Shown one piece after another: positions 11,355 through 24,389 of a stretch of 64,000 bases of DNA. Location: the NCBI RefSeq assembly GCF_032191835.1, contig NC_083223.1:12710001-12774000 (forward strand). The letters run 5' to 3'. Within the stretch, counting starts at the first letter, position 1; every line of letters starts with the position of its first letter. A program made the translations under genes and the position numbers. The notes under the pieces were generated by a model. That model made no database searches, was not told the origin of the DNA, and was given only the letters and a program-made list of their open reading frames with translations. The DNA is from Heteronotia binoei (taxonomy: Eukaryota).

Positions 11355-14300
11355 TTGCTCTTTTCTGCTGCTGCAGACACACGGCTAACCATCTGGATCA
11401 GCATGGCGGAACAGAGCCCATTTTCACCCACCTTCTTCTGCACGCATCGGCATTCAGCACACCGGGTCCTTCGCAGGGAACAAAGCAGTGGCCTGAGCAG
11501 GCTTCCCGTAGCCCTACCTCGCCCCACGCCTCCGGCCGGTCAAGGAATACAAACGTGGGGCTCACAATATCTTGCCAAGCAGAGAAGAGGAAGGCAGGAT
11601 GGGGTTAGGAGAAACATGGTTCCCCTCTTCTCCACCTGTCTGGTATGACATCCCTGGGCAGAACCACGCGCGCCAGGGGAGGAGGGAGGTCAAAAGGCTC
11701 TTGTGTGCCCTACAGCAGGGCTCCCCCAACAGAATGACCATGGGTGCCATGGTCCCCACTGACACGTTTCCTAGTGCACCCCGGAAGTGTGCGGGTTTTT
11801 TTTAAAGTGGGAAGGGTTAAGTAGGGCTTTTGCCCAGCACGGCTTCTGTTTGGTCGCTGCAGATCTGATCGGCTGCGCAGATTTTGGGCCACCGCCACCA
11901 CAACACAAGGATCTCCACTGAGGCAGCCATTTTGCGGCTACCTCCATCTCCTGCGACAACCATTTTGAGGCAGGCCTGTTTTGTGGCTGTGCCAGCCTTG
12001 CTGCGTCAAACTTCCAAAAGTTTCTGCAAGCTCAAAAGGGCTGGGGGTTCCTGCCCTACAGAAACCATGATATATCCAACCCCTGGACTCATGGTGGACC
12101 GAGCCCAAGTTTGCTTCGGGGGGGGCGGGGGGGGCGGTGTTAAGTTCTTAGCGAATAGTGACTGAATTCACCCAGATATTACCCGCTTCCCTGAAGAACC
12201 TCTAGCCCACCAAGCCGTTTATTTAAATGACCGGGGTACCACCTCCTCTTTCTCCCATCTTCTTGCCACCACCAGCACATCCAGTTACACAACCCAGAAG
12301 GGTTTTTTTTTCCCAATGGAGTAAGTATATTCCAGACCAAACGACACCTCCATTACTCTGGTTGATTTATGGGCTTTGTTTTGCTGACAACCAGAGTTTT
12401 CAAACGTAAATGGTTCCCACTTCCGAGAGACCGGCAGCGCGGAATGTTTTCTCCCAAGAAGAAAAGACGGTTTTAAATCCAGACTTATCGAGTCCTTCGA
12501 CTTCTTTTACATCTTCTACGTTGATTCTATGCAACGGAATTTTAGAATTCTCTGCGATTCTCCACAGGATATTCCAGGATTTAGCTCACGCAATGTTGCC
12601 AAAATTCACAGCTTCAGAAGAGGATAAGTTTGGAGAGGTCAGTCGTTTCGAGAACTGTATGTCTGGGGGGGGGAGGTGTTTGTGAATTTCCTGCTTTGTG
12701 CAGGGAGTTGGACTAGATGACCCTGGAGGTCCCTTCCAACTCTGTGATTCTATGACAGCCACAATTGTGTTGGCTGACAACACAGAGGAAGGACTGATGG
12801 GGAGATCTTTTGCCACCTGGAGCCAGTGGGGCCCGGCAAAAATGCACTAGTAGAAAGCAAGCAGGTACATTTTTGCACCAAGGAAGAGAGACAAAGCAGA
12901 GTCCCTCAAGTAGCACGAAAGGGATGAAGCCACATGCTCCAAAGGTAGCTATAATCTGACTCTGCAGTATATCATGGCCTCTTGCTCCCAAGGTACTGAG
13001 CCCAAGGAAGCCGAACCCGTACCTCATTTTTTCTCCCTAGGCTCTCAGGTCATAGTTTATATAAAGTTAAATCAGTTGGTTGGAGAGGAGCTGTGGCTCA
13101 ATGGAACAGCCTCTGTTTTTTTTAAGTGCAGAAGGTCCCCGGTTCAATCCCCGGCATCTCCAGTGAAAAGAATCAGGCAGCAGGTGATGAGAAAAGACCT
13201 CCGTCTGAGACCCTGGAGAGCCACTGCCAGTCTAACACTAACTCAGGCTGACTCCGCACTAGCCTTGCTCCGCGCCAGGCTTCCGCTTCTCTCTGGAGGA
13301 AGCTAGCGATTTCTCACCAGCTGCTCTGCGCCGCCATTTTGTGTGGGGGAAAGCCCACAATTTGCCATGCTGCAGCGTAAACCTGGGTCTCTTTCAATAT
13401 AAAGCAGATTCAAGCGTTCAGGGTTATGGGAGAAAATGTTACTGGGCTCTCTCTGATGGCCTTCTCCAAACACTCAGGCACAGATTTCCTCTCTGGGAAC
13501 AGAGATGTTTCTGGTGTGCCACAGTCAGACTTCCTGACTTTTCCTTCCTTCTTTCCTGGCTTTAATTCCAGTTTGGGCCCACAGCCTGAAGTTGCAATGC
13601 TTCTGGGTCAGTGATGGGGTTGCCAGGTCCCCTTGCCTGTCTAGCGAGGGGGGGGGATTGGGGGGGGGCATTCCGGGGATGAGCGGGGACTTCACACAGG
13701 GTGAAACTCTTTTACCAAAAAAAGTTAAAGTTATACTTCTTCAAGGAGATCCAGTTCACATTCGGATTGCAGTAGAATTAAGAGACAGAGGCCTAATCCA
13801 AATAGTACAGTCCCAGTTTGGTGCAGTGCTTAAGTGGGCAGACTCTTATCCAGGAGAACCGGGTTTGATTCCCCGCTCCTCCACTTGCAGCTCCTGGAAC
13901 GCCCTTGAATCAGCTATAGCTCTCGTAGGAGTTGTCCTTGAAAGGACAGCTCCTGGGAGAGCTCTCTCGGCCCCAACTATGTCACAGGGGGTCTGTTGCG
14001 GGGGAGGAAGGTAAAAGAGACTGTGAGCCTCTCTGCGACTCTGAGATTCAGAGAGAAGGGTGGGATGCAAATCCAGTATCTCGTTCTTATTCTTCCACCG
14101 CAAATGGGCATCTAATCCAGCATCACATGTGTGGGAGTATGAGGGCACTGTCACCACAGGAGAGACCTGCAGAGACATGTCTCTCCATGGAAGGCCATGT
14201 GCAGGAAGTGCAAGGACAAAGTACACAGAGAAAGAGGAGGGGTCAGTGGGCAGCTGGCAGGTTCAGGCAAAGAGAGGCATCCCATTCAAGGAGATAACAA

Positions 14301-14673
14301 CTAGACACATCTAGAGTGGTGTAGCGCCCCCCCCCCCTAAAAAAAAGTCCAGACATGATGACTTGCTCACTCCAACGTTACCTCCAAATCTCCCAAGTGA
14401 ACAGGGGCATCCCTAGACAGGACAGAATGTCAAAAAGGCTGCATCGCTATTTCTTAGTAACATTACACAGAAATCTTCTACAACGCAATATGTATGGATA
14501 TTCTCATCTGCAGGGCTGTTTTTGTAGCAGGCACTCCTTTGCATATTAGGCCACACACCCTTGATGTAGCCAACTCCTCTAAGAACTTACAGTAGGTCCT
14601 GTAATAAGAGCCCTGTGAGCTCTTGGACAATTGGCTACATCATGGGGGTGTGGCCTAATATGCTACAAAAAAG

Positions 14674-16570
14674 AGCCAATTTGGTGTAGTGGGTAAGTGC
14701 ACAGATTCTTATCTGGGAGCACTGGGTTTAATTCCCCACTCCTCCGCTTGCAGCTGCTGGAATGGCCTTAGGTCACCCATAGCTCTGGCAGAGGCTGTCC
14801 TTGAAAGGGCAGCTGCTGTGAGAGCCCTCTGCAGCCCCACCCACCTCACAGGGTGTCTGCTGTGGGGGAGGAAGGTAAAGGAGTTTGTGGGCCGCTCTGA
14901 GACTCTGTCCTTGAAAGGGCAGCTGCTGTGAGAGCCCTCTCCAGCCCCACCCACCTCACAGGGTGTCTGCTGTGGGGGAGGAAGGTAAAGGAGTTTGTGG
15001 GCCGCTCTGAGACTCTGTCCTTGAAAGGGCAGCTGCTGTGAGAGCCCTCTCCAGCCCCACCCACCTCACAGGGTGTCTGTTGTGGGGGAGGAAGGGAAAG
15101 GAGATTGTAGGCCGCTCTGAGACTCTGTCCTTGAAAGGGCAGCTGCTGTGAGAGCCCCCTCCAGCCCCACCCACCCCACAGGGTGTCTGTTGTGGGGGAG
15201 GAAGGGAAAGGAGATTGTAGGCCGCTCTGAGACTCTGTCCTTGAAAGGGCAGCTGCTGTGAGAGCCCTCTCCCCACCCATCTCACAGGGTGTCTGTTGTG
15301 GGGGAGGAAGGGAAAGGAGATTGTAGGCCACTCTGAGACTCTGTCCTTGAAAGGGCAGCTGCTGTGAGAGCCCCCTCCAGCCCCACCCACCCCACAGGGT
15401 GTCTGTTGTGGGGGAGGAAGGGAAAGGAGATTGTAGGCCGCTCTGAGACTCTGTCCTTGAAAGGGCAGCTGCTGTGAGAGCCCTCTCCAGCCCCACCCAT
15501 CTCACAGGGTGTCTGTTGTGGGGGAGGAAGGGAAAGGAGATTGTAGGCCACTCTGAGACTCTGTCCTTGAAAGGGCAGCTGCTGTGAGAGCCCTCTGCAG
15601 CCCCACCCACCTCACAGGGTGTCTGTTGTGGGGGAGGAAGGGAAAGGAGATTGTAGGCCGTTCTGAGACTCTGTCCTTGAAAGGGCAGCTGCTGTGAGAG
15701 CCCTCTCCAGCCCCACCCACCTCACAGGGTGTCTGTTGTGGGGGAGGAAGGGAAAGGAGATTGTAGGCCACTCTGAGACTGTCCTTGAAAGGGCAGCTGC
15801 TGTGAGAGCCCTCTCCAGCCCCACCCACCTCACAGGGTGTCTGTTGTGGGGGAGGAAGGGAAAGGAGATTGTAGGCCACTCTGAGACTCTGTCCTTGAAA
15901 GGGCAGCTGCTGTGAGAGCCCTCTCCAGCCCCACCCACCTCACAGGGTGTCTGTTGTGGGGGAGGAAGGGAAAGGAGATTGCAGGCTACTCTGAGACTGT
16001 CCTTGAAAGGGCAGCTGCTGTGGGAGCCCTCTCCAGCCCCACCCACCTCACAGGGTGTCTGTTGTGGGGGAGGAAGGGAAAGGAGATTGTAGGCCACTCT
16101 GAGACTGTCCTTGAAAGGGCAGCTGCTGTGAGAGCCCTCTGCAGCCCCACCCACCTCACAGGGTGTCTGTTGTGGGGGAGGAAGGGAAAGGAGATTGTAG
16201 GCCACTCTGAGACTGTCCTTGAAAGGGCAGCTGCTGTGAGAGCCCTCTGCAGCCCCACCCACCTCACAGGGTGTCTGTTGTGGGGGAGGAAGGGAAAGGA
16301 GATTGTAGGCCACTCTGAGACTCTGTCCTTGAAAGGGCAGCTGCTGTGAGAGCCCTCTGCAGCCCCACCCACCTCACAGGGTGTCTGTTGTGGGGGAGGA
16401 AGGGAAAGGAGATTGTAGGCCACTCTGAGACTCTGTCCTTGAAAGGGCAGCTGCTGTGAGAGCCCTCTGCAGCCCCACCCACCTCACAGGGTGTCTGTTG
16501 TGGGGGAGGAAGGGAAAGGAGATTGTGAGCCGCTCTGAGATTCGGAGTGGAGGGCAGGATAGAAATCCAA
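14674..16570 (+). repeat. Squam3-like SINE with its 3' half amplified as about 16 tandem units of 106-110 bp
   Basis: SINE head at 14674-14795; unit (ct)gtccttgaaagggcagc...ctctgagact recurs at 14901, 15011, 15121 up to 16429; normal SINE tail at about 16540-16590. Confidence 0.95.
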
Positions 16571-17818
16571 TATCTTCTCCCTCTTCTTCATCATCGGACA
16601 TTCCAAACGAACAAGCAGGGGAAGATCTTAGCTATACCAGCATGCAGTGGTGCTATCATAGCTTCTTTAAGGGATGCTGTACACATCCAAGGCAGTCAAT
16701 AAATACAGCCTTTCCAGCAACAGATGCCTGCGATATGTAATGTCATCTCAGTTATTTGGAGTTACAACTTTGGCTTTGCCAGCTAGCATGCGCCCATCTT
16801 TCTTTTCCATCCTTCCACGTAGATGCACTGTCCTACTGTAACTGAGCAATGAAGTAACTCCTGGAGCTGAGAAGCGTCCTCTCTCGTGTCTGTAAAATGC
16901 ACGCATGCCGAGAAGGGAAGAAACGGCACACAAGACGTCGGAGTTTGGTTATTCAGATTACGGAGAGTCGATTTTAAAGCGAGCCTGCCGGACTTCACCA
17001 CCTCCCGAGAACTAGCTCGCATCAAAGAACGCAATCGTTACAACAGACTTCTCTGTTTCTTCAACTCCGGAGCCCAGCATAAAGGTATATTATCCTCAAT
17101 ACTATAAAAACCCAATTTACTCCAACTAAACCACACACACACACAAAAAAAAAATAGCCGGGGGAAACAGATTTTCACATTCTGCAGGTCTCTCTTTAGC
17201 TACGAGCACGGTTGACGACGAATGCTTCTTACAACAATTATAATGAGCACTTCAAGCATTTCTGCTTTTTTAAACTGCTATGCACATCCCACATACACCG
17301 TGCACTTAGGAGAGGCACCCGTCGTGGGTACGCAGCACCCACCGCCACCTTTTGTTGCCCTCACAATAGTTTGAAAGTACTGCGGTATGCTCACATGGTA
17401 GGCAACTCTGCCTCACAGAACCACAGCCCAAGAGAGATGCTTTGAATGGCTCGTTCAGTCGCAGCCCGCAGGACAAGAGACAGTTGGGTAGTATAACTTC
17501 CACAATCGCTGAGAAAGAAGGCCATTGAGGCAACAAGCGCATCTAACGCTGTGAAAATAACACTGTTTAAAAGCCAATTATACAATGGCGATTCTGATTA
17601 GGAACATCGGCATTGTCCTCTTCGATCAGAGTGATAACCTGTTCCATCTATGACAACCTCTGGCAGCGGCCACCGCCATTGATTTAGCAGCAAATGAAAT
17701 GCCTGGTATACCTGCCTTACTCACTTCGTGCCTTCAGCCTTCAAAGCGCTGATCCTCTTTTCAACACATAATCAAAGGGGGGAGGGGAGACAGAGCCATC
17801 AAAAAAGGTCATCAAAAC

Positions 17819-18062
17819 CAGGGGTGGAATTCTAGCAGGAGCTCCTCTGCATATTAGGCCACGCACCCCTGATGTAGCCTATCCACCAAGAGCTTACAAG
17901 GAATTCTAGCAGGAGCTCCTTTGCATATTAGGCCACGCACCCCTGATGCAGCCTATCCTCCAAGAGCTTGCAAGACTCTTTTTTTGTAAGCTCTTGGAGG
18001 ATTGGCCAGATCTACGGGTGTAGCCTCATATGCAAAGGAGCTCCTGCTAAAATTCCACCCCA
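17819..18062. mobile_element. Palindromic MITE (tttgcatattaggcc family) with a duplicated left arm
   Basis: Exact 8-bp TSD atcaaaac at 17811-17818 and 18063-18070; relatives at 2929-3088, 5487-5691, 14511-14676 and 22902-23091. Confidence 0.8.
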
Positions 18063-18493
18063 ATCAAAACACGGTTGTGCCACAGCACAGTTGTAACTCC
18101 TATACCAGTGAAAAAAAGATCCACACAGCTTGCATTCTCCAAGTCTCAGTTATGTCAGCTGGAATCTGATTGGACAAAAACCGGCCAAGACATCGCTATG
18201 AATCCCGACTGATCTCCAATTCCATCCATTTTCAGCGATTCTTCCTATCAAAATTCTCATTGCTCCAATCAAGCTTGGTTAAATTATTAAACGGGTTAAT
18301 TAGAAAAGTCAAACTATGAAGGGCATAATAAAGAAAGAGCTTGAGAATAAATGATGTTGGTAACATAGTTGGCTTTAACTTCCAGGCCCATACAAATGCT
18401 GTGAGACAAGATGGCGCTCTCCCGCTTTATTTCAACAACAGCAACAGAGACCATGATAGCGAGAAGTGACTTCCCCAATGTCACCCAGTGACC

Positions 18494-18950
18494 ATCATAG
18501 AATCAAAGAGTTGGAAAGGACCTCCAGGGTCATCTAGTCCAACCCCCTGCACAATGCAGGAAACTCACAAATACTTCCCCCTAAATTTACAAGATCCACA
18601 TCGCTGTCAGGTGGCCATCTAGCCTCTGTTGAAAAACCTCCAAGGAAGGAGAGCCCACCACCTCCCCAAGGAGGAAGCCTGTTCCACTGAGGAACCGCTC
18701 TAACGGTCAGGAAGTTCTTCCTAATGTTGAGCTGGAAACTCTTTTGATTTAATTTCAACCCACTGGTTCTGGCCCTACCTTCCGGGCCCACAGAAAATAA
18801 TTCCACACCCTCCTCTGGATGACAGCCTTTCAAGGACTTGAAGATGGTGATCAGATCACTTCTCAGCCGCCTCCTCTCCAGGCTAGACATGCCCAGCTCC
18901 TTCAACCTTTCTTCACAGGACTTGGTCTCCAGACCCCTCACCATCTTCGT
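18494..18950 (-). mobile_element. CR1 LINE 3' fragment
   Basis: ORF2 C-terminus EERLKELGMSSLERRRLRSDLITIFK...RKNFLTVRAVPQWNRLP plus ATTCTATGAT-type tail. Confidence 0.9.
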
Positions 18951-20992
18951 CTCATTGCTTGTCTTGACCCCAGGAGTCACTGCGAGGGGGATGAAGCACC
19001 CTTCCTTCCTGTCTGCTGTGCTCTCGAGAAGGGAGAAAGGCTTCTCGGACAATGCAGCCCTCTGATCATCGCTGGGGTCTTTTTACTTGTTGCACTTCAT
19101 ATGCGCCAGTGACCCAACAGACTGGGAAACGGCTGGTGTCTTATAAACCAAGCCCTCCCCCACACGATGGGTGTGGGTGGAGAGAGATAAAACACAAAGG
19201 TCCCCGGGCAGGCACAGGAACAGGTTGTAGCGCTGGGCACAACAAAGCAGAAGGGATTGTGCATGGGGATCACCAAGCCCAACAACGGGCATGTGGGGCA
19301 GCCTATTAGAATGGGTGGCCCATTGCAAGCTAGGCATTTAATCCCTCAGCTGGGGTTGGATGCTGGGAAGGGAAGCTGACATCAAGGAGGCCGGCCAGGA
19401 TTAGTTCCTGTTGGTTGGCTGCTTCCTGAGGAGGAGGAGATGCTGATGGTGATGATGATGATAATGGATTTATATCCCACCCTTCACTCCGAGTCTCGAG
19501 TGGCTCACAATCTCCTTTACCTTCCTCCCCCACAACAGACACCTTGTGAGGCAGGTGGGGCTGAGAGAGATCTCCCAGAACCTGCCCTTTCAAGGACAAC
19601 TCAGCGGGAGCTATGGCTGACCCAAGGCCATTCCAGCAGCTGCAGGTGGAGGAGTGGGGAACCCAACCCCATAAGAGTCCACACCCTTAACCACGGAACC
19701 AACCTGGCTCAAACTTATGGACATCACTGCCATGGGGGGTTCCATGACTGGCGGATTGTGATGTGGACGCCCATGCATCTGCTAAGCTTGGAGCTGGGTC
19801 TTTTTGTGCACATTCCTCCTCTGTTGAGCAAGCACCAGACACAGACGAGGTGCACTAGCAATGCAATGGTGGGAACACGGATTTAGGTTTGAGTAGTTTC
19901 ACAGAGTAGCCATGTTGGTCTGCACTAGAACAGCTGGAGCCCCTTAGAAACCAGGAAGATTTTCAGGATATGAGCTCTGACTCTAGAAAGCTTATACATT
20001 AGAAATCTTTTGGTGTCATTTGGTGTAGTGGTTCATTGTGCAGACTCTTACCTGGGACAACTGGGTTTGATTCCCCACTCCTCCACTTGCAGCTGCTGGA
20101 ATGGCCTTGGGTCAGCCATAGCTCTAGCAGAGTTGTCCTTGAAAGGGCAGCTTCTGGGGAGCTCTCTCAGTCCCACCCACCTCACAGGGTGTCTGCTGTG
20201 GGGGAGGATGATAAAGGAGATTGTGACCGCTCAGAGACTCTGAGATTCAGAGTGGAGGGAGGGAGGGATATAAATCCAATATCATCATCTTCTTCTTCTT
20301 CTGGCGCTACTGAACTTGAATCTAACTCTTCATGAAAAGCAGTTTCCCTAGAAATCGGTTTTGTTAAAAGATTAGAACTATGACTTCTGGGTTATAAGAT
20401 CTGAGTGGTTTCCACCTAGAAAACCTTTTTTTTCCCCCAACATACTTTTAACCGTCTGTAACTTTAGTGTTACTTTTTAATTGGAGGCAGAAATCACTTA
20501 GTACTCTAATATGCATTATCCTTCCACTTCAAGCTTTTATTCCCAGGTGCGTTATGCTGATTTTCCCCCCCTTGTAGCAAAAGCCGCATCTTCAGCCTAC
20601 GGCTTCTTGCGAAAGCACAACTTTCTCCACACACTCAAGACAGGTGTTTCAAAAGCCTAAATAATACAGACAGCAACACAAGAGGCATCTGATGTAGACT
20701 TTTCAAAACCCCTTTTTAGTATGCTGTGGCAGCTGTGACCTGGTAAAATCTAATTATTTCTCTAGGACCCTTTGGAATTGTTGGAGAAGATTTGTTACAG
20801 TTCCTCGTCGATGCATTAAGCACTCGGCCGGGCTCTGCCGAGCGAGATAGCTGAATGTGCATTCCACATATCTTTTTATGAACTTTCCCGGCTGCCACGC
20901 GCGCTGCAATCTGTTGAGCGAAGAACCTCAAGCCCCACACCTTTGTGGAATGGCGGCAGCAGCAAGAGACTAAATTGCAATTTGCAAATTGA

Positions 20993-21820
20993 GAGCCAGT
21001 TTGGTGCAGTGGTTAAGTGGGCGGACTCTTATCTGGGAGAACCGGGTTTGATTCCCCATTCCTTCCCTTGCAGCTGCTGGAATGGCCTTGGGTCAGCCAT
21101 AGCTCTCTTATCTGGGAGAACCGGGTTTGATTCCCCACTCCTCCACCTGCAGCTGCTGGAACGGCCTTGGGTCAGCCATAGCTCTCTTATCTGGGAGAAC
21201 CGGGTTTGATTCCCCACTCCTCCACCTGCAGCTGCTGGAACGGCCTTGGGTCAGCCATAGCTCTCTTATCTGGGAGAACCGGGTTTGATTCCCCATTCCT
21301 TCCCTTGCAGCTGCTGGAATGGCCTTGGGTCAGCCATAGCTCTCTTATCTGGGAGAACCGGGTTTGATTCCCCACTCCTCCACTTGCAGCTGCTGGAACG
21401 GCCTTGGGTCAGCCATAGCTCTCTTATCTGGGAGAACCGGGTTTGATTCCCCATTCCTTCCCTTGCAGCTGCTGGAACGGCCTTGGGTCAGCCATAGCTC
21501 TCTTATCTGGGAGAACCGGGTTTGATTCCCCATTCCTTCCCTTGCAGCTGCTGGAATGGCCTTGGGTCAGCCATAGCTCTCTTATCTGGGAGAACGGGGT
21601 TTGATTCCCCACTCCTCCACCTGCAGCTGCTGGAACGGCCTTGGGTCAGCCATAGCTTTTGTAGGAGTTGTCCTTGAAAGGGCAGCTGCTGTAAGAGCTC
21701 CCTCAGCCCCACCTACCTCACAGGGTGTCTGTTGTGGCGGGGGGGGGGGGGGAGGTAAAGGAGATCGTGACCCTCTGAGATTCAGAGTATAGGGCGGGAT
21801 ATAAATCCAATATCTTCTTC
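20993..21820 (+). repeat. Squam3-like SINE with its 5' part amplified as 8 tandem 79-bp units (21026-21657)
   Basis: Unit starts at 21026, 21105, 21184, 21263, 21342, 21421, 21500, 21579; flanked by SINE head and SINE 3' half. Confidence 0.95.
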
Positions 21821-22389
21821 AATTTGCAATTAACTTTCGTGATCCAAGCATGCCCAATCGACGTGTCCGACGTGCTGATGCAAATGGAGAGTGACAGAAG
21901 AAAAGGACGGGGTTAAATGCTTCCACCCCTGTTTTTATCCCTCAACTTCTCAGGTCTCTAATGATTTCCAAAGTCGTGAGAGTTTTAAATGCCCAGCTCT
22001 CCGGTGAACTTAATTGAGCTTGGCCTCTCTGCCCTCTGATGCCAACAGGAAGTGAACAATGGCGGGCAGCCCAATTCTTATCAGGCACTTCCACCCTGAT
22101 AGCACAAAGTCCCTTTCCCTCAAACCCAAAGCGCCACGCTGCTACGCCAGAAACTCCCGAGACAAGATCAAGGAAATTAAGCTGAAGGGGAGGGAATGCG
22201 ACCAAAGACAACGGACCAGATTTCAGAGGCAAGGAAGTATGCCGAGGAGAAACTCAGACACTGAGAAATGTAAAGTGTACTCAGCCCCCCCCCAAGTTAA
22301 TATACTACTAGTTAAAAGAAGGCTAAACTGCAAGGAAAGCCACCAAACATTTTAAAGGCCCTTATAAGCAGACAGGAGTATCGACAACA

Positions 22390-22692
22390 TTAAAAAGGTA
22401 AAGGTAGCCCCCTGTGCAATCACCAGTCATTTCCGACTCTGGGGGGACGTCGCTTTCACAACGTTTTCACGGCAGACTGTTGACGGGGCGGTTTCCCATT
22501 GCCTTCCCCAGTCCTCTACGCTTTCCCCCCAGCAAGCTGGGTACTCATTTTACCCACCTCGGAAGGATGGAAGGCTGAGTCGACCTGGAGCCGGCTACCT
22601 GAACCAGCTTCCGCCGGGATCGAACTCAGGTCGTGGGCAGAGGGCTCCGACTGCAGTACTGCAGCTTTACCACTCTGCCCCACGGGGCTCCC
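22390..22692 (-). mobile_element. Sauria SINE, full length
   Basis: Same family; 10-bp TSD atcgacaaca at 22380-22389 and 22693-22702. Confidence 0.92.
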
Positions 22693-23758
22693 ATCGACAA
22701 CACTGCATCTGGTCTAATCGGCATTCCCTAACGCAGCCTGCCGTCTCCACACTGCAAAGCACTGCCGTGGCCTTCGAGGGAATCGCTGCAACGCAGGGGG
22801 CGGGCTGGCTGCCGGCTGAATAAAGAAGAGGCATGACTGAAAGCAGACAGACATGCTGTGCCCGTAGGAGACCCAAGATCCTGAGATTGTAGGGCTATTA
22901 TCAGGGCTTCCTTTTTGTAGCAAGAACTCCTTTGCATATTAGGCCACACACCCCCATATAGCCAATCCTCCAAGAGCTTACAGGGCTCTTCTTACAGAGC
23001 TTACTGTAAGCTCCAGGAGGATTAGCTAAATCAGGGGGGTGTGGCCTAATACGCAATGGAGTTCCTGCTACAAAAAAAAAAAAAAGTCTTGATTGTATTT
23101 CGAAAGGCAAAAAAGAGGACCTATTTCCCCACTGACCTCTTCAAACCCGTGATCACTATTTATTTATTATTTTCAATGTATAGCCCACCCATTCCCAAAT
23201 GGGCTCTGGGCGGGTAACAACAATCAATAATACAAAAGTAAAATCAAACCAGGTTTGATTCCCCACTCCTCCACTTGCACCTGCTGGAATGGCCTTGAGT
23301 CAGCCGTAAGCTCTTGCAGAGTCGTCCTTGAACGGGCAGCTGCTGGGAGAGCTCTCTCAGCCCCACCTACCTCACAGGATGTCTGTTGTGGGGGGGTGAA
23401 GATATAGGAGATTGTAAGATGCTCTGGGTATAAATCTGCAGTTGTCTTCTTCTTCTTAATAGAAGAACCACATAAACATCAGTTATTTGAGAGCCGCAAG
23501 ACACAAACAACAGGTGTTTGAGAGGTGCAAGGCAGGCAGGCAGGAAAATATAGGGGGGGAGAGGGAAAGAAAGCAACTTTTAACTTTAAATGCATTCTCC
23601 CAGCTGGTGGGGGCTTGGAGAGCCACACAACGGGTGTGAAAGAGCCACATGTTTAGCCAACCCTGGTCTGTTCTAAAGGAGGATTGTCACTGGGAGGGCT
23701 GATGTCAGCATTTCTCTTAGTGAACTTCTGTGTTATCAGCATCGCAGAGGATGCTGAA

Positions 23759-24385
23759 ATAGGGCTGCCAATCCCCAGGTGGGGGCAGGAAAGCCCCCGG
23801 TTTGGAGACCCTCCCCCCGCTTCAGGGTCATCAGAAGGTGGGTGGGGGAGGAGGGAAATGTCTGCTGGGCACTCCATTATTCCCTATGGAGACCAATTCC
23901 CTTAGGATATAATGGAGAATTGATCCATGGGTATCTGGACTCTAGGGGAGCTGTTTTTTTGAGTCAAGGCACCAAATTTCCAGCATACTATCCAATGCCT
24001 CTCCCCCAAACACCCTCCAAAGTTCAAAAAGATTGGACCCCAGGGTTCAGTTCTAGGAGCCCCCAAAGAAGGTGCGGGAGGGGAGGCATCTGTGACGGCC
24101 AGAGCTCCCTTCGTAGTTCAGTCATGCTTGTCTCACCCTTGCTCCTGGCTCCACTCCAAGTTTCAAAAGGACTGGGCCAAGGGGCTCCAATTCTATGAGC
24201 CCCCAGAGAAGGTGCCCCTCGCCTTCCTTATTTCCAGTGGAGGGGAGGCATTTCAAAGGTGTGCGGTCCCTCGACACACGCGAGCGCCAGGATTCCTTTG
24301 GGAGCGCGATGGCGGTTGTCACGCCCTTCCTATGGCCCCACCCCCAAAGTCCCCAGATAGTTCTTGAATTGGGCTTGGCAACCAC
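23759..24385. mobile_element. Non-autonomous DNA element with TAGGGTTGCCA-type ends, abutting the CpG island
   Basis: tagggctgccaa...ttggcaacc; shorter relatives at 28781-28955, 34945-35162 and 62320-62520. Confidence 0.55.
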
Positions 24386-24389
24386 CGAG

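Noticed and set aside
14709-16601. Long repetitive ORFs (up to 254 aa) on both strands
   Set aside because: Products of the 110-bp tandem SINE array; the same peptides appear in every SINE copy
18534-19052. 172-aa ORF as a chimeric host gene
   Set aside because: The C-terminal three quarters is CR1 ORF2; the short upstream part has no recognisable homology or splice support
21026-21657. CRISPR-like regular array
   Set aside because: Units are contiguous SINE-derived repeats with no unique spacers, no cas genes, and vertebrate context
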